The notes under the pieces are model-generated. The model was not told the origin of the DNA. It did not search any database and was given only the letters and a program-made list of their open reading frames with translations. The position numbers were made by a program, and so were the translations under genes. From Phoronis australis (Eukaryota > Animalia > Phoronida), in contig NMRA01000389.1 of assembly GCA_002633005.1 (NCBI GenBank), positions 248,001 to 312,000 of the forward strand: 64,000 bases of DNA, written 5' to 3'. This document shows positions 23,201 through 36,500 of this stretch, in pieces. Numbering within the stretch: the first letter of the stretch is position 1; each line of letters opens with the position of its first letter.

Positions 23201-26200
23201 ACCACTTGCAAGTGTGTCAAGCTGCTGTGATTTGATAACTGCCTTCGACAAGTTTCAGTTCGACAGAATTCGATGTAGTGAGAATAGTATTAAGATACAG
23301 TGTATGTGCTTATAGATGGCCTCTGGAGGAACAGAAAGTATCTTATTGGCTTGTAAAGCTTACAGAGATTGGGCTCGTAACAAGGGAATCAGACATCCTG
23401 AAATGTAGGTGTTAACTAACCAGTTTTGTAGACTAGGCGTGTGTGCGTATGTGTGTTTTGACGCTTGACTTCTTATCTCTCAGGTTTACGTTCTTTCCCT
23501 TCTCCATCCTAGTCATTTTATCCCAAATTTTTCCAGGTGTTGCTTTTTCAAACACTTTCATGTTTACTTGTTTACTTATATGAAACAAATTCATGTAAAA
23601 AAGTCAGGTGATTGCCTTCCTTGATTTCTAGATTTCATTAGACGTCCCAAAATACAATAGTGCCCTCTGTGATATTTACCCATAATGCTGTGCATCTATA
23701 GGCCATTTGCTTCATGGCTGTATGATGATGTCATGCTCAGTGCTATTTTGCATCAAGAGTAGTATGTCATTTGTCATTCTGATTCCAACTCCGCTTGGAA
23801 GTATGTCAGTGGCCCTGTCTTTCAAAATCTATATCAGTTTTCTACTTCCACTTGAATGCAGGTTGTGAGAATCATACTCTATTGAGAACACTCATTTCAA
23901 CTTGGTAGAAAAAAGCTTGAATCAGTTTTAGACCCTGATGCACCTATGGGATTCTGTTTCAGCTTGGCTCCAGTTTCTGCCCACGCTGCCTTTGAGAAGG
24001 TGAGAAAACTTGTGTTCTTGTTTGTAGCCATGGTTTGTTATTGTGTGCCATTGATAAAACTTCGCTAAAAATCTTTTGAATTATCAAAATCCACACCAGT
24101 GTAAAACTATGTCTAACAAACTATTAAAGATGTAGCAATTAGTAATAAATGTGTTTCTTGTAAAAATGTAACTCATGTCCTTGAAAATTTAATGTTAGCT
24201 TGAAAGTCGATGTTTAAAAGTGATCTTTTAATTTGTTTTGCCATTTGCCATCGTGACAGTAAATTTGATTTTTTAAGGGTTTCTTAAATATTCTAATTGT
24301 CCACGCTGTTTCAGAGTTTTTTATTAAACGTGTTTCAGAATCAAAATGTTCTAAAAAGATATGGCAGAAGACAGGTTGATTGAAGCTTTTAGTACTGAAA
24401 AATGGCCCAATTGATGGTTGAAGTTCATTAATTTCTGACTTTGAAAAATGAAGTGCTTTTTCAATAATTGATAAATAAATGAGTGTATGTTAATGGTGTC
24501 TAAAATAGTAAAAATATGTCCTCTGGCATTAGAAATGATTACGAAATTCATCGGTTGACCTGTTGTGTGGGTCTCAATTGGAATGGACCTTCCATGGAAA
24601 GGACTTCTTCGTGTACTTCTGTTTTGCGGACAGTGATAATTTGAAAATTTTTTTGTAGGCTGCTGATTTGTACAATATGAAGATCGTAAGTGTTCCGCTG
24701 GATCCACTCACAATGGCAGTTGATGTTGGTGCTATGAAGAAGGCCATTGGACGGAACACTTGTATGGTAAGCTCATGGTACTGAATGTGAATGAAATTAT
24801 GGTGCTCATGGTTTAGACTATCTCGTGTAATTTTGGGGGATAGTAATGACGAATATGGATATGATTTTTGGATTAAAATTAATTACAAAGTTATTCACAG
24901 ATGTGATCGGAATATCAACATTTTCTCAGACCTTTAAAATTGTAATTTTCAGTGAAAATACGGTAAAAAATCTTTGATTTGGGACAAAAATAATTGTTTA
25001 GATTGCCATGTTTCTATTTGTAGAGATTTACCACAACTGCAAATACTCAAAATTTTACCAAGTGTTGTTTGACAATAGCTACACCATGCAAACTTTGCTA
25101 AAAGCTTAGTTAATTTTCCTGAAAATTTATTTTTGTCAAGAAACTTGACAAAATGAAATTGGCCATATAATAATATTGGTGTCCCAAACATGAGAATTTT
25201 TATTGTAAAAAGACAGGGTTGTTCCTGATATTTTGTGGCCGGCTGTTGCAATAGGCAGGGGGGAAACTGGTAGTTAGGGGACCTTGGCTTTACCTCAGGT
25301 TTCTCACCCAGTCATCACTAATGTTTCTGCTCCTCAGTTGTTAGGGAGTACTTTTGCAGTAAAATACTTAGCTTTTAAAAATTCCAGTGCAATAATTTTC
25401 ATCATCGCCATAACCACCCATTTTCCTTTCACTCGATTTCACAGGTAGCTTGCTGAGTACTTTCACATGTGACACAAAGTTCATGTAGATCATAATGTGT
25501 GGTGTCAAGATACTCTAGTGAATCTTCAATCTTATTGCAGTTGGTGGGTTCAGCACCTCAGTTTCCTCAGGGTATAATGGATAACATCGAAGAAATAGCC
25601 AAGGTATGGTCATTGCCTGTTCTACAGGAGCTCCTAGATAAATATTGATGGGTGGTTTTCATCAAACTCATTTAGTTGTGGCAAATGATGAAGGAGTTAG
25701 TGACAATTCGAGATTCTTGCAAATAACATGATAAAGTTATTGTGACTGCCAGTGACTTTTGTCGTAACATGTTTCAAAAGTTGAACATATGTAAATGCAT
25801 TTCTTAACTTAAAGCGGCATGCATACCAGCGAATTTATTGGAACAATTCTACAGTTGTAATCCTCTTCCAAATTTGTAGCAAATTTAGTCGCATCCGCAT
25901 TGAGGGGGCACACTAGTCACCGGTGAGACTTCCATAGTCACTGAATTTATGTGAATGAATTCGCTTCAATTTTTGGTGCATGTTCTTGAGTGGACAGACC
26001 TATGCATATACATTTCAGGCTTGCCTCAGTTCATGCAAATAGTTTTCGCAGATGTGTCAGCTTCTATTTTGCAATCTAAACTTTACACTATTGTACATTT
26101 CAGCTTGGTTTAAAGTACAACATTCCAGTTCACGTGGACAGTTGTCTGGGAGGGTTCTTAATTCCTTTCATGAAGAAAGCTGGCTTCCAATTGGCCCCAT

Positions 26201-29200
26201 TTGATTTCAGTGTTCCTGGAGTTACTAGTATATCTGCTGACACTCATAAGGTAACTGTAGAAGTTTCGAGGAAATGAGTTACGTAAAAAGCATGTTGGGA
26301 AAAACAAAATGCAGAATGTACTCGTGTGTTGGATAAGGATTTTATTCTGGAAAACATTGAAGTTTTTTGATTTAGCCATTGCAAATATCACTCAGTTGAT
26401 TGAGCTCGGCACTGAACGGTGTTTAATCTTTGTTTTGTAGCTAATATTGTTCGAGTTTGTCACTGTATGAGTTTTTTCCAACTTCTTAATCATTTCTTGT
26501 CTATTTCAGTATGGTTTTGCTCCAAAAGGTTCGTCTGTGATTATGTACTGTAATAAGAAATACCGTTCTATGCAGTATTTCTCTATTACTGATTGGACAG
26601 GAGGGATATATGTGACACCAACGCTAGCAGGTAATTTTGGTATTTATACTCAAACTTTTATAGCAGCTTTCTATTCTGAATCAGTACTCTGGGGTTAACT
26701 TTCCATAGTGTCTTATTGGCGTGATGAACGTGCGCATAGAAAGTCTAGGGTTGGAAACGAATCCATGGCCATGCCTCTGAATTTCAGTTATAGTCTCCTA
26801 AATGGCAGTGCCATACCAGCAAACACCAAACCTGAGATTCAAATTCCTTATCAAATTCCTTCCACCCACCCTTACACACGCACACACACCAAAATAATCT
26901 ATACCCAGTGACCAAACTCCATATCCAAACGCCAGCTGCTCCATTGATCTTGTATTGGAGTTTGGTCAACAGGTATGGAATATTTTTAGTGTGTGCGTGT
27001 GTGCAGAATAAGAACCGCGGTTTGGTGTTTGCTGGTCCACGATTGACGTTTAGAGACAGAAGCGGGAAATAGAAAGTACGGCTACATCGCTCGTCCTCCT
27101 GCAATAGTATAGCTTGACTTAATGATGTCACAGTTTTTGGGACATGATATTTTCCTTTGCCTTGAAAATACGGTGTTATCATTTAGTGTTTTCTTAACAC
27201 CGCTTATTTCAAATATTCCTTTAAAGCGTCTGTAAACCATGTTCTAATGTCGAAAAAATCTTTCTTCGCAGACATATTCACACTTCCAAAACAACGTTAT
27301 TGCCTTTTTTTTTTTTTTTTTTTTNNNNNNNNNNNNNNNNNNNNNNNNNNNNNNNNNNNNNNNNNNNNNNNNNNNNNNNNNNNNNNNNNNNNNNNNNNNN
27401 NNNNNNNNNNNNNNNNNNNNNNNNNNNNNNNNNNNNNNNNNNNNNNNNNNNNNNNNNNNNNNNNNNNNNNNNNNNNNNNNNNNNNNNNNNNNNNNNNNNN
27501 NNNNNNNNNNNNNNNNNNNNNNNNNNNNNNNNNNNNNNNNNNNNNNNNNNNNNNNNNNNNNNNNNNNNNNNNNNNNNNNNNNNNNNNNNNNNNNNNNNNN
27601 NNNNNNNNNNNNNNNNNNNNNNNNNNNNNNNNNNNNNNNNNNNNNNNNNNNNNNNNNNNNNNNNNNNNNNNNNNNNNNNNNNNNNNNNNNNNNNNNNNNN
27701 NNNNNNNNNNNNNNNNNNNNNNNNNNNNNNNNNNNNNNNNNNNNNNNNNNNNNNNNNNNNNNNNNNNNNNNNNNNNNNNNNNNNNNNNNNNNNNNNNNNN
27801 NNNNNNNNNNNNNNNNNNNNNNNNNNNNNNNNNNNNNNNNNNNNNNNNNNNAAAGATAACAAATATCCATGCTCGTCTAGTAGGTCTGAGATATAATAAA
27901 CACCCTTTTCAAACCATCTTCTCCAAAATACAGTTTTTCCACCAATCAATACATTAGTATTATACCAAATTGGCTGATATGGTATTTCCTCCTGATCTAT
28001 TATATTAGAAAAATCATACAGAAAGTTAAATAGTTCCTTCCAAAAAGGGTTCTCAGTTCGAGATGCTGCATATTTGTAGAAATAGTTCCCAAATTTTAGA
28101 CACTCCAATGATATCAAATCAGTGTTTAAGATGAGATTTAACCATGCAGTAGAATTTGTGGCTTTTAAGATCCTACGCATCCATGTTATCTTAATTGCCT
28201 TTACAAAAGAGTAAACATCTATCATTTTACAACCACCCCTTTCATAATGTTGAATCATGGTTTTGCGCCTAATTTTGTCACACTTTCCTCCCCAAATATA
28301 GTGAAAAAACAGTTTTTCTAGATCTTTACAAAACAGATTATTAGGGATTGGCAAAGAAGATAAAACATGAATCAGTTTTGGTAGAAGAAATGATTTGACC
28401 ACTGTAACTTTACCAAGAGTACTTAAGTTTCTTTTTGACCATCTCATAATTTCTTTTTTTAATATCAACCAACTTGCGATCAAAATTTAAAATACTCATT
28501 TCCTGGATGTCAGTAGAAAAAACAATCCCGAGCATACTAAACTGTGAGGTAGACCATTTTAAGTCCTTTTCAGAACATACCCTTGAATTACTTTGCCTTT
28601 TTGACGCATGTCAGAAGTGACACTGGTTACAATAATTTGCCTGGACAAATCGAATGTGGCCGTTCCTCAAGCTTTTGATGTGTGAACTGAAACTTATTGA
28701 GCTTCGTCTGAAGCACTAACAATCTGTCGGTCTTTCCCGAGTCCATAGATCTCTTCTGAACTCAGTAAGGAATCAAATGAGACCGTTTTTGTAACGATTG
28801 GTTGCCTAAATAGAATTTTATGTGACGGAAAATACAGGTTGAATGGCCATTTAACACAAGACCCTGCCTGTGTTCTAGTTCAGTCAATGATGCTGTGTTG
28901 TAGGAAGTCGTCCTGGTGCCATTATTGCTGCTTGTTGGGCGACCATGATGCACATTGGAGAGGATGGTTATGTCAACACAACCCGGAGCATCATACAAAC
29001 TGCCAGATACATTAGAGACAGGTAAGATGTATTTAGCTATAAGAACATGCGTCCTGATGACCACCATGTAATATCACTAAGTATGTATGCTGATGGTTAT
29101 ATGCAAGAAATTTGCTTGTCCTATTGTGCACTGAACAATTGAATGTTTTGTGTTGAGCACTGAAAATCATATTATGTTCGTTTCCCCTCTTAGCGCTGCT

Positions 29201-31844
29201 CTTTAAATATTATTTCTTCATGAGGTGTCAGGCTCCTCCAGCTAGTTTCATACTCCACTCCTGTAGCGTGAGCATTTGAGAATCTCAACTCTTACTGGGC
29301 AGGACATTAATCCATTGCAGGTCTCTTCCCTTGAATGGCTGGTATGGTATTGTATTAACGGGAGTAAAGCAGTTAAAGTGCATTGCACTGCACTTGGCAA
29401 CTGAAAATTTATCTACTCATTAAAAGATGTGTGTTTGTTATACAATTAGCACAAGAGAGTGTATTTTACAGGGTTTCTTGTAAAATATCCGAATGATACT
29501 TTTTAAAAATGTAATTACAGTAAAATTTCAGGCAAAAATCATTGCCATCTTTTCATATTTCGTGGGCTTCTAACATAATGTTCCCAATGCCACCACTTTT
29601 CAAAATATTCTCTGATGGTAGCTGTCACTGGTATAGAATGTGGAACATGGTAAAGTAATAATATGATGCCACTGATCCTGCATGAAAAAATGATAAAACA
29701 TTATGTCACTAGTCCGCCATATTGTGTCCCAAACTGATAATTTTTTACCAACTGTGAGCTGGGATCCTAAGATAACCCACAACTAATGTTTTTAAAGCCA
29801 AAAGCCCTTTTAGACTGGTCACTCTGAAAGGGTTTGTTATTGTGATAACACTTTTGGTGTCTGTATATGAGAAGACTGTAGCTCATTATTTATGATGTTC
29901 TTAACTTGATGTTGTTTCAGGATTCAAAATGTTGAGGGACTGTTTGTATATGGTGAACCCCAAGTGAGTGTGATTGCTGTCGGTTCCCTCGACTTTAACA
30001 TCTATCGATTGTCAGATGCCCTAGGCAAACGAGGCTGGAACTTGAATGCCCTGCAGTACCCATCAAGGTCAGTTAACTTTGTTTTCAGCTATTTCTTAAT
30101 ACATAGTGTCCAAACTGCCCTTGAAATTGGGAAGGTGGTTCTTATGGCAGCTTGTGTAAACTCAATTCAAGTCATGCATTCTAAAATGATATTTATGGAG
30201 TGTAAAACAAATATGTTGTGAGTTGAATCCATTTAAGATGATTTCAACTCATGTTCATCTTCTCTTTAGGGATTTAAGAAATTTGAGTTCCACTTTTAAA
30301 AGGAGGGCAAATGTTCGTAACATAGATGAGACGTGGCTTATGGGCTTGGAAAAAATGACAGTTCATTATTGTTTGGTACCATCATGGTTGCATAAAGTGA
30401 CCTGCCGTGACAAGCCAACTTGCGAAGTCTCGTCTCGAGCAATGAGAAACTGCCAGTTCTTTCTAATCCCTGAAATCACCTTTAATTTGACTATGGAACA
30501 ATTTGTGACCAATTTCATAATGGTAATTGGTCAAAATAAAAATTTAGTTTTTATGACGGAAGGTGCCTTTATTGTTGTGTGTCATCAGTCATTTTTTAAA
30601 TCAATGTACATTGAAGCTTCAGTTTTGGTCACAATATGGCCAAAGAGAGAAATATCATTTTGTCACATCGCTCCTCAAAAAATTAGCAAGGATATTTAAT
30701 TCATGTTAACACATTTTGTGACCTACCACTGTCAGGAAATAGCAGTTTCACCAAAACTAATTAATATTTGAAAAATTGAAAAGGATAATTTTAACAATTA
30801 TTTTTGTTTGAATTCATTAAAGAGACTTTACTTTTAAGCAAAACTGACTGGCTTTCTTATCTTATGGATTTCCATCTGTTACAGTTTCCACATCTGCGTA
30901 ACTTTGTTACATACCAAACCGGGTGTGGCAGATAAACTGCTGAGTGACGTGGAAGACTGTACGCGAGAGATCATGAAAACACCTCAAGATAACTGTGAAG
31001 GAATGGTATGTCTTGTTTTGACTTCAAACTTCTGGGAAGCAATGAAAGATGGGATTGCTTTCTTTATGTACTCTGTGAAAACACTGTTAATTACTCAAGA
31101 GGTAAAAATCTTGATATTGATGGAATAGTGTTCGTCGAATTTGTGGCCCATTTAATAGTATCCAGTCGTTTCCATGGGAGACCCATGATCCTCAGAAATT
31201 TTTGACATGTCTGTGAACACAATTTACCATGTGTTGGTACGATACCACTTTGGCCCCTTCCTAAATTTTTATGCTCACTGCATGAAACAATACAATATTT
31301 TTATACGCATTACACCGTGTGTCAAGGGATTAATTGTTAAAGGAACACAATCGGTTTGAGGGCCAAAAATTGCATTTTGGTATCATTGTTGAATAGGATG
31401 GACTTCTTAAAGCTGTTAGCTCTGATGAGAGCTATAAAACACCAAAATCCATTGTTTTTGTGATTTTATTAGAAATCAACAATTCCCAGTCTTGGCTTCC
31501 AGCTACTAAGTAGAATTGAAATGAAGTTGAGGCAGGTTACCTTATCAGTTCAATACATTGGCTTTTAGCTCTACTGACGGCTGAGATCAAATTCATCTTC
31601 AGGCTGGTCTCAAATCCATAAATATAAAACTGACATGATGTAATTTCAATCATTCATCAAATTACCTTATTACCTTCCCATTCACATTATTGGTGTCATA
31701 GTTCTTATCTATTTTCAGGGTGCAATATATGGCATGGCTCAATCGATTCCTGACAGATCAATGGTGGCTGAGATTACCAACTGTTTCTTAGATGCTTGTT
31801 ATAGTACCCCAGCCACGGTAGTCAATGGTACTAAATTTAACTAA
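17075..31844 (+). CDS. SGPL1: Sphingosine-1-phosphate lyase 1 (PLP-dependent, ER membrane), about 545 aa
   Basis: 14 phase-consistent GT-AG exons. N-terminal TM segment, [48 protein letters not shown]-lysine motif [28 protein letters not shown]. Stop TAA at 31842-31844. True start uncertain (in-exon ATG at 17084 or an upstream exon). Confidence 0.97.
17452..17807. repeat. 21-bp minisatellite, about 17 copies, in SGPL1 intron
   Basis: Unit (a/g)accactgaatgatccacctg, nearly perfect; source of the spurious PLNDPPE, VDHSVVQ and WIIQWFR ORFs. Confidence 0.97.
19760..19929 (+). CDS. SGPL1: SGPL1 exon
   Basis: [24 protein letters not shown]...LPQRGLSE|gtaaga. Confidence 0.92.
21713..21832 (+). CDS. 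SGPL1: SGPL1 exon
   Basis: [10 protein letters not shown]...[18 protein letters not shown]. Confidence 0.93.
22347..22475 (+). CDS. SGPL1: SGPL1 exon
   Basis: [43 protein letters not shown]. Confidence 0.96.
23316..23404 (+). CDS. SGPL1: SGPL1 exon
   Basis: [29 protein letters not shown]. Confidence 0.96.
23963..23999 (+). CDS. SGPL1: SGPL1 exon (37 nt)
   Basis: [12 protein letters not shown]|gtgag. Confidence 0.93.
24659..24766 (+). CDS. SGPL1: SGPL1 exon
   Basis: [36 protein letters not shown]. Confidence 0.95.
25541..25603 (+). CDS. SGPL1: SGPL1 exon
   Basis: [21 protein letters not shown]. Confidence 0.95.
26104..26250 (+). CDS. SGPL1: SGPL1 exon ending in the PLP-binding lysine
   Basis: [23 protein letters not shown]...[11 protein letters not shown]. 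Confidence 0.97.
26510..26630 (+). CDS. SGPL1: SGPL1 exon
   Basis: [13 protein letters not shown]...[14 protein letters not shown]. Confidence 0.96.
26745..27036. mobile_element. Fold-back MITE-like element in SGPL1 intron
   Basis: accagcaaacaccaaacc (about 26815) pairs with ggtttggtgtttgctggt (about 27019-27036); inner arms are also complementary; shares tggccatgcctctgaatt with 42405-42770. Confidence 0.7.
27305..28602 (-). mobile_element. 5'-truncated L1/Tx1-clade LINE (region downstream of the RT core) with poly(A) tail, antisense in SGPL1 intron
   Basis: [57 protein letters not shown]; T20 at 27305-27324 is poly(A) on the - strand; interrupted by the N gap. Confidence 0.88.
27325..27851. 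other. Assembly gap (N run)
   Basis: Continuous Ns. Confidence 1.
28904..29021 (+). CDS. SGPL1: SGPL1 exon
   Basis: [38 protein letters not shown]. Confidence 0.96.
29220..29400 (-). mobile_element. Degenerate SINE remnant (same family as 6365-6560)
   Basis: Reverse complement acctgcaatggattaatgtcctgcccagtaagagttgag..cgctacagg aligns by eye with 6474-6545. Confidence 0.4.
29921..30067 (+). CDS. SGPL1: SGPL1 exon
   Basis: [48 protein letters not shown]. Confidence 0.96.
30885..31005 (+). CDS. SGPL1: SGPL1 exon
   Basis: [40 protein letters not shown]. Confidence 0.94.
31719..31844 (+). CDS. SGPL1: SGPL1 last coding exon
   Basis: [41 protein letters not shown]. Confidence 0.95.
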   Translation, partial: GAIYGMAQSIPDRSMVAEITNCFLDACYSTPATVVNGTKFN

Positions 31845-32013
31845 GTAACACTGTTATTTGTATTCTGATGTGAATCATTCAAGGTAACCGTTTCTACCTG
31901 TTAAGAGACTTGGCGCAATTGTTATGTTCGTCTTGGATATGATGTTTTACTGATAATTGTTACTATAGGATTGTGGTCGCATATTTTGTATTGTTTGATG
32001 TGATAAAGGATTA

Positions 32014-32019
32014 AATAAA
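32014..32019 (+). terminator. Probable SGPL1 polyadenylation signal
   Basis: AATAAA 170 nt after the stop, followed by a GT/T-rich tract. Confidence 0.6.
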
Positions 32020-32149
32020 TTCATTTAATTTTAAATTGGTTTGCTGGTGTTACTTTTCTTTTCTTTTTGCCAACCTTTTTAAAAGTACTCCTATTTATTA
32101 AATTTAGAAGGGTTTGCCACTCAACATAGTAACTTTAAAGCAAAGAATC

Positions 32150-33300
32150 TTTGCCATGATGCATCGTTTGTGTGGCCTTTATAGGATGTTGCAAGACAAT
32201 TTTCAGACACTTCCGTCATGTTTGCCTCCTAGTGGCAATTTTTGAATTTCTTTGGTATATGTTATTTGGTGTCCTCTCTGTGTGTCAAATGGTTTGATAG
32301 ATTATATTGAAAACTGTGGCACGTAACCAGAGAATAGTTCATTGAGTGGAACTTTATTTTCTCCTTCTGTCTCAATGTATATCATGTTCAGTGTAGGATT
32401 GGCATGAAATATACCTTATGTCTTAATGAGAAAAACATTACTAACTTTTACACAAAAATGTATCATATTCATTACACCATATCTTAAATGTCAATTGTCA
32501 TATTGTGTTTGATTTTACTTTATTTCTGTTTCTGTTGACAAAGGACGTTATTACATCCGAAAATTTCAGTTGATCCATTCTTGTTGTTTTATTTACTTAT
32601 TTATATTCTACATTTAGTGAAACAATAGTATCCTTGGGAGGATCTGGGTCGCCTTATTTAGTTTCAGATTTATTTTCTACGTAACTTTTCAATATATGCA
32701 ACTTCTACTATTGTTGGGTTTCGATTACTGCTGAGCCCCCTAGTTTTACTACTTGTGTTGGCCTCAATATTTACCAAATTTACTTCATGAAATTTGATAG
32801 ATGTCCCCAATTTCACTATTTTGGTGACCTGTTTTGGCATCCACCTCTCTACTTGCCAGACTGTTTTAAGAATACTCACAACATTGGATGAATGTGTTTC
32901 TACAGACAGAATTCTGACTAACGTAAATTTTTTGACAGGTTCAACTACTGCTACGCCCTCTAGTTTTACTTTTTGTGTTTGCCACAATGTTTACCAAATT
33001 TACCAAACAACACTTCCCCATGTTTGGACAGTTCTGACTGGTGGCACTGTGCCCCCTAGAAACAGTTTTAGTAGTTTAGCACTCACTATCTGCCAAGTCC
33101 TTTGAAGAAACATTGAAAATGAATTTCTGTTAAGGTGACAAGCGATTATTTTATGGATTCGAATACTCTAGTGTCTCCTAGCGGTAATCTTAATGTTGGA
33201 TTTGCCAATGTTCCGATGACTCACAGTACATCTGGTATATTCGATTCTAAAGTTGGCAGAAATATATGCTCTGGATAAATTTTAACTTGGAGAGCAACGT
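32150..33300 (-). repeat. Degenerate inverted relative of the 1585-3303 repeat family
   Basis: gcctcctagtggcaatttt (about 32224), gccccctag (about 32735, 33051) and tctcctagcggtaa (about 33174) are reverse complements of the ccactaggnggc motif. Confidence 0.4.
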
Positions 33301-33599
33301 ATTTATGATAACGCATTGGGATGAGTAATTTCGATATTGAAAATATATATCAGCTCCCATTGGAATTGCTCTGCAACCTTGATTAATTTGAAAGTCCGCA
33401 CTGCAGGCTAAGATTCAGTTTAAGATGTTTTTGGGTGTTTTTCTTTGTTCACTTCCATAGAGTTCCTGTATTTTCCTTATGGAGAAACATTTTTTGTCTC
33501 GTAATAAGGTAGCATTAAAATAGGCCTATCTGCGTTTAATGTTACTACCAAATGGCAAAGTTGCAGTGTGTCCCTTGCACATTCTTTGTTTAATGCACA

Positions 33600-36500
33600 A
33601 GGTTGTCTGGCGGGCTCTTGCCCTAGAGTAACTGTGACAACTTATCCGACCTATTCGATGTATGCGGCAGCTTGGGCCCCATCAACTTGCTCAAGCTCAA
33701 GTCCTCGTGTTTCCGCACGTTTACCTGGACACAGAAATGGTCCTCCCATACTATCGAGCAGAATTGCGAAAATCCATGAGAATTTCGCCGGTTCCCAAAA
33801 CCGGGAAGTCCAAATGTCCCTGTTCGTATATTTGTTCACTCATTTTCAACGGTGGCACTGAGGAGAGAGACATTTCGCACTAGGTTGCAATACATTACCA
33901 AAAACTTGTTACTGGGTATGAGTCTATGAAAATGTTGTATTCGTCAATGTTGGATAACTCGTAGACTATGAGTTTATCATAAAAAATACAATCGGTGCTA
34001 CCAGTCAAGGGTGCGTGAAGGATGTAGTAGAATGCACGAAGTCGGTGTTGAACAAATACAGCATCATTTGTCAGAATATCGTGTGCCAACATGAAAGGCA
34101 AAAAAATAAATAGTTGTAGCAAAATTACTAATAGGACACAACATTTTGAATGAGACTAGGGGAAGAGTGTGGCTCTAATGCGCGCAGAAGTTGAGAAATT
34201 CGTATTGTTTTCCCATTTGATTGAAGACGTAGTATTTTTGGAGTACAACAGTGAAGTAAATGTTATGGACTAGTCCATAAAGAAATATGCTGTTCAGACT
34301 TGGGTGCGTTTTTGCGCATATTATTAATCACGGGCACAAAGCCTAAGTCAAGTGCTTGCTGCAAAGTATAACCGCGTAAATGAAACTTGTGCGCCTTGCA
34401 TCGTACCACATTAATTCGAGAATTTCGGCAGGGTTACTAAAAAAATGTCTGTGGGTAAGTTGTCTTAAGAGTCCTCAAGTCTAAGGGTCTGTTTTGAACT
34501 TGAGACCTATGGGTGACCAATTTGTGTCTGTCGTTCATTCATTCGCGATTTTTTTTCTTGCGTCGTTTATGTGCTTTAGCTCGCGTTTAATCTCTTCTAA
34601 TAGCTTGTAGAGTTTCGTGTTTCCGTCCACTAACCAGTGGAAATTTCGTTTCCATGGCTTCCTTGCACAACCCATACACCGTTAGGCTGGTCTCGAGGAC
34701 ATGGTGAAGTTAACTTTAAAAAACCACAAGTCATTTGAAAGGTTTTGTGGACATTTTGAATGTATACATTACCCTTGGTTTTGCCATTACCCCCAGGTTA
34801 CGACAGGTTGCACACAAACATATGGGCATGTTAGCTTAAACACAAGTCCAACAAAATCACTGAAAGTTAATATTAGTCAGAGCGTGTGGTTTATTGATTA
34901 CCCCCTGCTGATACAAGGGTAAAAGTCATTTACCACTCATCCGTTTAAATTGAAATAAACTGCACACCGCAATTTTTTGTGGAACTCCAGTTACATTTTT
35001 TCCAGCCAGGAATCGAACACGCGCTCCCGTCTGTCGTAGTCTGCCACTTTCACCACCAGGCTAACGAGCAATGCCCGCGAATGCTGGTCTTTATAATATA
35101 TTTTCCCGCATATTTGGGAACCTCGCATTGATTGGAGACCCATACAGTGGTGGTTTATTAAAAACTGGTGTCCATGAGAAGCTTTATGACAATTGCTACG
35201 ATTAATTAATTTCAAGCGAAGTAATTATGCAGTGGGGTCTTTCCTATTGAGCTAGTCTAGTTACACCATTGGACCTACTCATAGTCTATGGTTGAACAAG
35301 ACACCGTTGGACCCTAACGTATTTCGTTAAAGAATTCTTTGATTTTTAACACAACGTGGAGTAAACAGTTACAATCTTTTATTTATTTGCACGTCAACCT
35401 CAATTATACTTTTAAGTCAGTTTTTGTTGTCCTTTTTCTGGTCGAGTTTTTTCTTCGGCGGTATCTTCCATGCGCTTATTTTCGTCTGCTATTTCTGTGA
35501 TTGGTCTAACCGCTAGCCGTAACCATGTGTATCCGCTGTTTGAATCTTTATTTTCATAGTATGTTAGATCCTCTATCGCTATCGCTTACTAATGTCGAGT
35601 TTGTTGTTTTGATCATTTCTTTTGATCTGATGTTTTACCGTCACCTAATTATTCCCACGGCAAGACAACATAAAGGGGGATCTCCGACACACTTTCAATG
35701 CGCTGGTTGATCTCATAAGGTGAGCAAACATAGTGCAGCAATGATTTTTTGCGCTAATGCAGGGGCGCGACTTTAAAAATAACCCTGATTTCGAACGTGG
35801 TTGCTTTTGTCATCTTAGCAAATGTTTAATTTGTGACGGATGGTATTGCCTATTTAAAGAATTTGATACAAACTCCGGCCTTGAGCAAAGTATATCATTT
35901 TATCCCTGCCAAATTAGATAATTTTTACCGTAGACTACATGTAGATCCATCGAGCAGGCAAATTGATGAATCCCTTCCTGATACTCATCTGTTATCAACC
36001 TTTATGAATGCTTAAAAAGGAATGGAACGCGAAAGCTCGTCAAAGATATCTTTTAAACAATTCATGGCGAAAGTAACATCTCGCAACGTCTAGTAAAGAG
36101 TAATTCACTTTCCCCTGTGAGCAAATTTCCAGAAAAAAATCACGAAATTCAAAATTTTTGAAATACACGCGAAGGGAAGCTCTTTGGTTAGCACAGAGTT
36201 TCTAATCTCCCCTCACTTATGATAAATGCGTGCATGCACTTACAGACAGTTGCTTGAAGTAGCTTGAGGTCAAAGGTGACATTTTCCAGATCGTTAACAG
36301 ATCTTTTTTAGATATTGGAAACTAAAAGAAAATGCTTTGATATCAACAGAAATTAACAATCTTTACAAACAAACCCTAAAAATACCTAGTGAGCAGGTTG
36401 AATTCTGTTTCCGTGGCAGAGAAACCACTTTCAATGTTGCAATTTATTCTGTTTATCGTGTTCCAGACCTCTCTTAATTTGAATTCATGAAATTCGTCGT

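Noticed and set aside
27244-27957. Long ORFs full of X
   Set aside because: Artefacts of the N gap
30223-30699. 158-aa ORF inside SGPL1
   Set aside because: Intronic, no motifs, and the flanking SGPL1 exons join correctly without it
35002-35075. Functional tRNA gene
   Set aside because: A and B boxes are present but acceptor and anticodon stems do not pair; treated as a SINE head or relic
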